In this document: positions 53,580-64,000 of the stretch, piece by piece
Numbering within the stretch: the first letter of the stretch is position 1
Layout of the letters: every line of letters starts with the position of its first letter
From: Auanema rhodensis
Lineage: Eukaryota; Animalia; Nematoda
NCBI GenBank assembly: GCA_964057225.1
Contig: OZ059897.1
Coordinates: 17,298,001-17,362,000, forward strand
Direction: 5' to 3'
Length of the DNA stretch: 64,000 bases
Translations under genes and position numbers: made by a program
Notes under the pieces: generated by a model
The model's input: the letters and a program-made list of their open reading frames with translations, nothing else
Told to the model about the DNA's origin: nothing
Databases searched by the model: none

Positions 53580-56500
53580 GAAGCGAGTTACATACCGAGT
53601 GCACATCGCGTGTACATTTAATTAGCATAAATTAAAGTTCACGTAAATTTCAAAGTCATGGTTACCAAGCATCAATATCAATAAAATATTGTTTTTAGAC
53701 TAATATGGACTTGGGGAATCTAATTTTGAAAACCGCATCTCTTTATCTTTCACGGGAAGCGAGTTTCATACCAAGTGCACATCACGTGTACATTTAATTA
53801 GCATAAATTAAAGTTCACGTAAATTTAAAATCATGGTTACCATGCACCAATATCAATAAAAATCTGTTTTTAGACTAATATGGACTTGGGGAATCTAATT
53901 TTGAAAACCGCATCTCTTTATCTTTCACGGGAAGCGAGTTTCATACCAAGTGCACATCATGTGTACATTTAATTAGCATAAATTAAAGTTCACGTAAATT
54001 TCGAAGTCATGGTTACCATGCACTAATATCAATGAAAATTTGGTTTTAGACTAATATGGATATGGGGAATCTAATTTTGAATACCGCATCTCTTTATCTT
54101 TCACGGGAAGCGAGTTTCATACCAAGTGCACATCACGTGTACATTTAATTAGCATAAATTAAAGTTCACGTAAATTTCGAAGTCATGGTTACCATGCACT
54201 AATATCAATGAAAATTTGGTTTTAGACTAATATGGATATGGGGAATCTAATTTTGAAAACCGCATCTTTTCATCTTTCACGGGAAGCGAGTTACATACCG
54301 AGTGCACATCGCGTGTACATTTAATTAGCATAAATTAAAGTTCACGTAAATTTCAAAGTCATGGTTACCATGCATCAATATCAATAAAATATTGTTTTTA
54401 GACTAATATGGACTTGGGGAATCTAATTTTGAAAACCGCAACTCTTTATCTTTCACGGGAAGCGAGTTTTATACCAAGTGCACATCACGTGTACATTTAA
54501 TTAGCATAAATTAAAGTTCACGTAAATTTCAAAATCATGGTTACCATGCACCAATATCAATAAAAATTTGTTTTCAGACTAATATGGTCATGTGGAATCT
54601 AATTTTGAAAACCGCATCTCTTCATCTTTCACGGGAAGCGAGTTACATACCAAGTACACATCACGTGTACATTTAATTAGCATAAATTAAAGTTCACGTA
54701 AATTTCAAAGTCATGGTTACCATGCACTAATATCAATGAAAATTTGGTTTTAGACTAATATGGATATGGGGAATCCAATTTTGAAAACCGCATCTTTTCA
54801 TCTTTCACGGGAAGCGAGTTACATACCAAGGGCACATCACGTGTACATTTAATTAGCATAAATTGAAGTTCACGTAAATTTCAAAGTCATGGTTACCATG
54901 CACCAATATCAATAAAAATTTGTTTTTAGACTAATATAGACATGGGGAACCTAATTTTGAAAATCGCATCTCTTTATCTTTCACGGGAAGCGAGTTTCAT
55001 ACAAGTGCACATCACGTGTACATTTAATTAGCATAAATTGAAGTTCACGTGAATTTCAAAGTCATGGTTACCATGCACCAATATGAATAAGAATTTGTTT
55101 TTAGACTAATGTGGACATGGGGAATCTAATTTTGAAAACCGCATCTCTTTATCTTTCACGGGAAGCGAGATACATACCGAGTGCACATCGCGTGTACATT
55201 TAATTAGCATAAATTAAAGTTCACGTACATTTCAAAGTCATGGTTGCCATGCACCAATATCAATAAAAATTTGGTTTTAGACTAATATGGATATGGGGAA
55301 TCTAATTTTGAAAACCGCATCTCTTTATCTTTCACGGGAAGCGAGTTTCATACCAAGTGCACATCACGTGTACATTTAATTAGCATAAATTAAAGTTCAC
55401 GTAAATTTCGAAGTCATGGTTACCATGCACTAATATCAATGAAAATTTGGTTTTAGACTAATATGGATATGGGGAAACTAATTTTGAATACCGCATCTCT
55501 TTATCTTTCACGGGAAGCGAGTTTCATACCAAGTGCACATCACGTGTACATTTAATTAGCATAAATTAAAGTTCACGTAAATTTCGAAGTCATGGTTACC
55601 ATGCACTAATATCAATGAAAATTTGGTTTTAGACTAATATGGATATGGGGAATCTAATTTTGAAAACCGCATCTTTTCATCTTTCACGGGAAGCGAGTTA
55701 CATACCGAGTGCACATCGCGTGTACATTTAATTAGCATAAATTAAAGTTCACGTAAATTTCAAAGTCATGGTTACCATGCATCAATATCAATAAAATATT
55801 GTTTTTAGACTAATATGGACTTGGGGAATCTAATTTTGAAAACCGCAACTCTTTATCTTTCACGGGAAGCGAGTTTTATACCAAGTGCACATCACGTGTA
55901 CATTTAATTAGCATAAATTAAAGTTCACGTAAATTTCAAAATCATGGTTACCATGCACCAATATCAATAAAAATTTGTTTTCAGACTAATATGGTCATGT
56001 GGAATCTAATTTTGAAAACCGCATCTCTTCATCTTTCACGGGAAGCGAGTTACATACCAAGTACACATCACGTGTACATTTAATTAGCATAAATTAAAGT
56101 TCACGTAAATTTCAAAGTCATGGTTACCATGCACTAATATCAATGAAAATTTGGTTTTAGACTAATATGGATATGGGGAATCCAATTTTGAAAACCGCAT
56201 CTTTTCATCTTTCACGGGAAGCGAGTTACATACCAAGGGCACATCACGTGTACATTTAATTAGCATAAATTGAAGTTCACGTAAATTTCAAAGTCATGGT
56301 TACCATGCACCAATATCAATAAAAATTTGTTTTTAGACTAATATAGACATGGGGAACCTAATTTTGAAAATCGCATCTCTTTATCTTTCACGGGAAGCGA
56401 GTTTCATACAAGTGCACATCACGTGTACATTTAATTAGCATAAATTGAAGTTCACGTGAATTTCAAAGTCATGGTTACCATGCACCAATATGAATAAGAA

Positions 56501-59500
56501 TTTGTTTTTAGACTAATGTGGACATGGGGAATCTAATTTTGAAAACCGCATCTCTTTATCTTTCACGGGAAGCGAGATACATACCGAGTGCACATCGCGT
56601 GTACATTTAATTAGCATAAATTAAAGTTCACGTACATTTCAAAGTCATGGTTGCCATGCACTAATATCAATGAAAATTTGGTTTTAGACTAATATGGATA
56701 TGGGGAATCTAACTTTGAATACCGCATCTCTTTATCTTTCACGGGAAGCGAGTTTCATACCAAGTGCACATCACGTGTACATTTAATTAGCATAAATTAA
56801 AGTTCACGTAAATTTCGAAGTCATGGTTACCATGCACTAATATCAATGAAAATTTGGTTTTAGACTAATATGGATATGGGGAATCTAATTTTGAAAACCG
56901 CATCTTTTCATCTTTCACGGGAAGCGAGTTACATACCGAGTGCACATTGCGTGTACATTTAATTAGCATAAATTAAAGTTCACGTAAATTTCAAAGTCAT
57001 GGTTACCATGCATCAATATCAATAAAATATTGTTTTTAGACTTATATGGACTTGGGGAATCTAATTTTGAAAACCGCAACTCTTTATCTTTCACGGGAAG
57101 CGAGTTTTATACCAAGTGCACATCACGTGTACATTTAATTAGCATAAATTAAAGTTCACGTAAATTTCAAAATCATGGTTACCATGCACCAATATCAATA
57201 AAAATTTGTTTTCAGACTAATATGGTCATGTGGAATCTAATTTTGAAAACCGCATCTCTTCATCTTTCACGGGAAGCGAGTTACATACCAAGTACACATC
57301 ACGTGTACATTTAATTAGCATAAATTAAAGTTCACGTAAATTTCAAAGTCATGGTTACCATGCACTAATATCAATGAAAATTTGGTTTTAGACTAATATG
57401 GATATGGGGAATCCAATTTTGAAAACCGCATCTTTTCATCTTTCACGGGAAGCGAGTTACATACCAAGGGCACATCACGTGTACATTTAATTAGCATAAA
57501 TTGAAGTTCACGTAAATTTCAAAGTCATGGTTACCATGCACCAATATCAATAAAAATTTGTTTTTAGACTAATATAGACATGGGGAACCTAATTTTGAAA
57601 ATCGCATCTCTTTATCTTTCACGGGAAGCGAGTTTCATACAAGTGCACATCACGTGTACATTTAATTAGCATAAATTGAAGTTCACGTGAATTTCAAAGT
57701 CATGGTTACCATGCACCAATATGAATAAGAATTTGTTTTTAGACTAATGTGGACATGGGGAATCTAATTTTGAAAACCGCATCTCTTTATCTTTCACGGG
57801 AAGCGAGATACATACCGAGTGCACATCGCGTGTACATTTAATTAGCATAAATTAAAGTTCACGTAAATTTCAAAGTCATGGTTGCCATGCACCAATATCA
57901 ATAAAAATTTGGTTTTAGACTAATATGGATATGGGGAATCTAATTTTGAAAACCGCATCTCTTTATCTTTCACGGGAAGCGAGTTTCATACCAAGTGCAC
58001 ATCACGTGTACATTTAATTAGCATAAATTAAAGTTCACGTAAATTTCAAAGTCATGGTTACCATGCACCAATATGAATAAGAATTTGTTTTTAGACTAAT
58101 GTGGACATGGGGAATCTAATTTTGAAAACCGCATCTTTTCATCTTTCACGGGAAGCGAGATACATACCGAGTGCACATCGCGTGTACATTTAATTAGCAT
58201 AAATTAAAGTTCACGTACATTTCAAAGTCATGGTTGCCATGCACCAATATCAATAAAAATTTGGTTTTAGACTAATATGGATATGGGGAATCTAATTTTG
58301 AAAACCGCATCTCTTTATCTTTCACGGGAAGCGAGTTTCATACCAAGTGCACATCACGTGTACATTTAATTAGCATAAATTAAAGTTCACGTAAATTTCG
58401 AAGTCATGGTTACCATGCACTAATATCAATGAAAATTTGGTTTTAGACTAATATGGATATGGGGAATCTAACTTTGAATACCGCATCTCTTTATCTTTCA
58501 CGGGAAGCGAGTTTCATACCAAGTGCACATCACGTGTACATTTAATTAGCATAAATTAAAGTTCACGTAAATTTCGAAGTCATGGTTACCATGCACTAAT
58601 ATCAATGAAAATTTGGTTTTAGACTAATATGGATATGGGGAATCTAATTTTGAAAACCGCATCTTTTCATCTTTCACGGGAAGCGAGTTACATACCGAGT
58701 GCACATTGCGTGTACATTTAATTAGCATAAATTAAAGTTCACGTAAATTTCAAAGTCATGGTTACCATGCATCAATATCAATAAAATATTGTTTTTAGAC
58801 TTATATGGACTTGGGGAATCTAATTTTGAAAACCGCAACTCTTTATCTTTCACGGGAAGCGAGTTTTATACCAAGTGCACATCACGTGTACATTTAATTA
58901 GCATAAATTAAAGTTCACGTAAATTTCAAAATCATGGTTACCATGCACCAATATCAATAAAAATTTGTTTTCAGACTAATATGGTCATGTGGAATCTAAT
59001 TTTGAAAACCGCATCTCTTCATCTTTCACGGGAAGCGAGTTACATACCAAGTACACATCACGTGTACATTTAATTAGCATAAATTAAAGTTCACGTAAAT
59101 TTCAAAGTCATGGTTACCATGCACTAATATCAATGAAAATTTGGTTTTAGACTAATATGGATATGGGGAATCCAATTTTGAAAACCGCATCTTTTCATCT
59201 TTCACGGGAAGCGAGTTACATACCAAGGGCACATCACGTGTACATTTAATTAGCATAAATTGAAGTTCACGTAAATTTCAAAGTCATGGTTACCATGCAC
59301 CAATATCAATAAAAATTTGTTTTTAGACTAATATAGACATGGGGAACCTAATTTTGAAAATCGCATCTCTTTATCTTTCACGGGAAGCGAGTTTCATACA
59401 AGTGCACATCACGTGTACATTTAATTAGCATAAATTGAAGTTCACGTGAATTTCAAAGTCATGGTTACCATGCACCAATATGAATAAGAATTTGTTTTTA

Positions 59501-62500
59501 GACTAATGTGGACATGGGGAATCTAATTTTGAAAACCGCATCTCTTTATCTTTCACGGGAAGCGAGATACATACCGAGTGCACATCGCGTGTACATTTAA
59601 TTAGCATAAATTAAAGTTCACGTAAATTTCAAAGTCATGGTTGCCATGCACCAATATCAATAAAAATTTGGTTTTAGACTAATATGGATATGGGGAATCT
59701 AATTTTGAAAACCGCATCTCTTTATCTTTCACGGGAAGCGAGTTTCATACCAAGTGCACATCACGTGTACATTTAATTAGCATAAATTAAAGTTCACGTA
59801 AATTTCAAAGTCATGGTTACCATGCACCAATATCAATAAAAATTTGTTTTTAGACTAATATGGATATGGGGAATCTAATTTTGAAAACCGCATCTTTTCA
59901 TCTTTCACGGGAAGCGAGTTTTATACCAAGTGCACATCACGTGTACATTTAATTAGCATAAATTGAAGTTCACGTAAATTTCAAAGTCATGGTTACCATG
60001 CACCAATATCAATAAAAATTTGTTTTTAGACTAATATAGACATGGGGAACCTAATTTTGAAAATCGCATCTCTTTATCTTTCACGGGAAGCGAGTTTCAT
60101 ACAAGTGCACATCACGTGTACATTTAATTAGCATAAATTGAAGTTCACGTGAATTTCAAAGTCATGGTTACCATGCACCAATATGAATAAGAATTTGTTT
60201 TTAGACTAATGTGGACATGGGGAATCTAATTTTGAAAACCGCATCTCTTTATCTTTCACGGGAAGCGAGATACATACCGAGTGCACATCGCGTGTACATT
60301 TAATTAGCATAAATTAAAGTTCACGTAAATTTCAAAGTCATGGTTGCCATGCACCAATATCAATAAAAATTTGGTTTTAGACTAATATGGATATGGGGAA
60401 TCTAATTTTGAAAAGCGCATCTCTTTATCTTTCACGGGAAGCGAGTTACATACCGAGTGCACATCGCGTGTACATTTAATTAGCATAAATTAAAGTTCAC
60501 GTAAATTTCAAAGTCATGGTTACCAAGCATCAATATCAATAAAATATTGTTTTTAGACTAATATGGACTTGGGGAATCTAATTTTGAAAACCGCATCTCT
60601 TTATCTTTCACGGGAAGCGAGTTTCATACCAAGTGCACATCACGTGTACATTTAATTAGCATAAATTAAAGTTCACGTAAATTTAAAATCATGGTTACCA
60701 TGCACCAATATCAATAAAAATCTGTTTTTAGACTAATATGGACTTGGGGAATCTAATTTTGAAAACCGCATCTCTTTATCTTTCACGGGAAGCGAGTTTC
60801 ATACCAAGTGCACATCATGTGTACATTTAATTAGCATAAATTAAAGTTCACGTAAATTTCGAAGTCATGGTTACCATGCACTAATATCAATGAAAATTTG
60901 GTTTTAGACTAATATGGATATGGGGAATCTAATTTTGAATACCGCATCTCTTTATCTTTCACGGGAAGCGAGTTTCATACCAAGTGCACATCACGTGTAC
61001 ATTTAATTAGCATAAATTAAAGTTCACGTAAATTTCGAAGTCATGGTTACCATGCACTAATATCAATGAAAATTTGGTTTTAGACTAATATGGATATGGG
61101 GAATCTAATTTTGAAAACCGCATCTTTTCATCTTTCACGGGAAGCGAGTTACATACCGAGTGCACATCGCGTGTACATTTAATTAGCATAAATTAAAGTT
61201 CACGTAAATTTCAAAGTCATGGTTACCATGCATCAATATCAATAAAATATTGTTTTTAGACTAATATGGACTTGGGGAATCTAATTTTGAAAACCGCAAC
61301 TCTTTATCTTTCACGGGAAGCGAGTTTTATACCAAGTGCACATCACGTGTACATTTAATTAGCATAAATTAAAGTTCACGTAAATTTCAAAATCATGGTT
61401 ACCATGCACCAATATCAATAAAAATTTGTTTTCAGACTAATATGGTCATGTGGAATCTAATTTTGAAAACCGCATCTCTTCATCTTTCACGGGAAGCGAG
61501 TTACATACCAAGTACACATCACGTGTACATTTAATTAGCATAAATTAAAGTTCACGTAAATTTCAAAGTCATGGTTACCATGCACTAATATCAATGAAAA
61601 TTTGGTTTTAGACTAATATGGATATGGGGAATCCAATTTTGAAAACCGCATCTTTTCATCTTTCACGGGAAGCGAGTTACATACCAAGGGCACATCACGT
61701 GTACATTTAATTAGCATAAATTGAAGTTCACGTAAATTTCAAAGTCATGGTTACCATGCACCAATATCAATAAAAATTTGTTTTTAGACTAATATAGACA
61801 TGGGGAACCTAATTTTGAAAATCGCATCTCTTTATCTTTCACGGGAAGCGAGTTTCATACAAGTGCACATCACGTGTACATTTAATTAGCATAAATTGAA
61901 GTTCACGTGAATTTCAAAGTCATGGTTACCATGCACCAATATGAATAAGAATTTGTTTTTAGACTAATGTGGACATGGGGAATCTAATTTTGAAAACCGC
62001 ATCTCTTTATCTTTCACGGGAAGCGAGATACATACCGAGTGCACATCGCGTGTACATTTAATTAGCATAAATTAAAGTTCACGTACATTTCAAAGTCATG
62101 GTTGCCATGCACCAATATCAATAAAAATTTGGTTTTAGACTAATATGGATATGGGGAATCTAATTTTGAAAACCGCATCTCTTTATCTTTCACGGGAAGC
62201 GAGTTTCATACCAAGTGCACATCACGTGTACATTTAATTAGCATAAATTAAAGTTCACGTAAATTTCGAAGTCATGGTTACCATGCACTAATATCAATGA
62301 AAATTTGGTTTTAGACTAATATGGATATGGGGAAACTAATTTTGAATACCGCATCTCTTTATCTTTCACGGGAAGCGAGTTTCATACCAAGTGCACATCA
62401 CGTGTACATTTAATTAGCATAAATTAAAGTTCACGTAAATTTCGAAGTCATGGTTACCATGCACTAATATCAATGAAAATTTGGTTTTAGACTAATATGG

Positions 62501-64000
62501 ATATGGGGAATCTAATTTTGAAAACCGCATCTTTTCATCTTTCACGGGAAGCGAGTTACATACCGAGTGCACATCGCGTGTACATTTAATTAGCATAAAT
62601 TAAAGTTCACGTAAATTTCAAAGTCATGGTTACCATGCATCAATATCAATAAAATATTGTTTTTAGACTAATATGGACTTGGGGAATCTAATTTTGAAAA
62701 CCGCAACTCTTTATCTTTCACGGGAAGCGAGTTTTATACCAAGTGCACATCACGTGTACATTTAATTAGCATAAATTAAAGTTCACGTAAATTTCAAAAT
62801 CATGGTTACCATGCACCAATATCAATAAAAATTTGTTTTCAGACTAATATGGTCATGTGGAATCTAATTTTGAAAACCGCATCTCTTCATCTTTCACGGG
62901 AAGCGAGTTACATACCAAGTACACATCACGTGTACATTTAATTAGCATAAATTAAAGTTCACGTAAATTTCAAAGTCATGGTTACCATGCACTAATATCA
63001 ATGAAAATTTGGTTTTAGACTAATATGGATATGGGGAATCCAATTTTGAAAACCGCATCTTTTCATCTTTCACGGGAAGCGAGTTACATACCAAGGGCAC
63101 ATCACGTGTACATTTAATTAGCATAAATTGAAGTTCACGTAAATTTCAAAGTCATGGTTACCATGCACCAATATCAATAAAAATTTGTTTTTAGACTAAT
63201 ATAGACATGGGGAACCTAATTTTGAAAATCGCATCTCTTTATCTTTCACGGGAAGCGAGTTTCATACAAGTGCACATCACGTGTACATTTAATTAGCATA
63301 AATTGAAGTTCACGTGAATTTCAAAGTCATGGTTACCATGCACCAATATGAATAAGAATTTGTTTTTAGACTAATGTGGACATGGGGAATCTAATTTTGA
63401 AAACCGCATCTCTTTATCTTTCACGGGAAGCGAGATACATACCGAGTGCACATCGCGTGTACATTTAATTAGCATAAATTAAAGTTCACGTACATTTCAA
63501 AGTCATGGTTGCCATGCACCAATATCAATAAAAATTTGGTTTTAGACTAATATGGATATGGGGAATCTAATTTTGAAAACCGCATCTCTTTATCTTTCAC
63601 GGGAAGCGAGTTTCATACCAAGTGCACATCACGTGTACATTTAATTAGCATAAATTAAAGTTCACGTAAATTTCGAAGTCATGGTTACCATGCACTAATA
63701 TCAATGAAAATTTGGTTTTAGACTAATATGGATATGGGGAATCTAACTTTGAATACCGCATCTCTTTATCTTTCACGGGAAGCGAGTTTCATACCAAGTG
63801 CACATCACGTGTACATTTAATTAGCATAAATTAAAGTTCACGTAAATTTCGAAGTCATGGTTACCATGCACTAATATCAATGAAAATTTGGTTTTAGACT
63901 AATATGGATATGGGGAATCTAATTTTGAAAACCGCATCTTTTCATCTTTCACGGGAAGCGAGTTACATACCGAGTGCACATTGCGTGTACATTTAATTAG
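53580..64000. repeat. 39-monomer (6858-bp) duplication superimposed on the 8-mer HOR; second copy runs off the window
   Basis: +6858: TACCAAGCAT 53663/60521, TCTGTTTTT 53863/60721, TGCACATCAT 53951/60809, GGAAACTA 55473/62331. The offset becomes 7034 after the chimeric monomer near 56600 (AACTTTG 56711/63745). Confidence 0.9.
53951..64000. repeat. 8-monomer higher-order repeat (1407 bp) with 7-mer, 10-mer and 14-mer spacing variants
   Basis: Diagnostic ATGGTCATGTGG at 54584, 55991, 57222, 58981, 61442, 62849 (spacings 1407, 1231, 1759, 2461, 1407). GCAACT, GAACCT, AATCCAATTT and TTCGAAG variants travel with it. Confidence 0.92.

Larger units (their letters stand above)
1..64000. repeat. Tandem satellite DNA array, 176-bp monomer, ~364 copies, single orientation; likely centromeric/pericentromeric
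   Basis: TGCACATCACGTGTACATTTAATTAGCATAAATT recurs at 1, 177, 353, 529 and onward to 63975. Neighbouring monomers differ at only a few sites. Two recurrent 1-bp deletions (CATACAAG, TTTAAAATC) give 175-bp copies. No unique sequence anywhere. The centromeric assignment is inference. Confidence 0.99.

Noticed and set aside
1-64000. CRISPR-like array (constant block alternating with variable block)
   Set aside because: The variable parts are SNP variants of one sequence, not unique spacers. The period is 176 bp and there are no cas genes or leader.
1-64000. Transposon insertion or strand inversion within the array
   Set aside because: On reading through, every line fits the monomer in the same orientation and I saw no foreign sequence.

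Overview
The whole 64-kb window is one uninterrupted, head-to-tail satellite DNA array of about 364 copies of a 176-bp monomer (~31% GC in copy 1), all in the same orientation and continuing past both ends. I see no credible protein-coding gene, RNA gene, transposon insertion, inversion or CRISPR array. The monomer is nucleosome-sized, carries several dyad symmetries, a CENP-B-box-like 17-mer and an RTCACRTG E-box, which fits a eukaryotic centromeric or pericentromeric satellite; I cannot name the family or taxon. The informative structure is in the variants. Rare shared SNPs and indels show nested tandem duplications (703, 1932, 3163, 6501 and 6858 bp, plus a 13176/11244-bp offset), a 1407-bp 8-mer higher-order repeat at the right end, dimeric runs in the middle, chimeric junction monomers, and a layered layout in which both flanks share a monomer cassette missing from the centre. 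All offsets were read by eye from marker positions, so boundaries are approximate to about one monomer.
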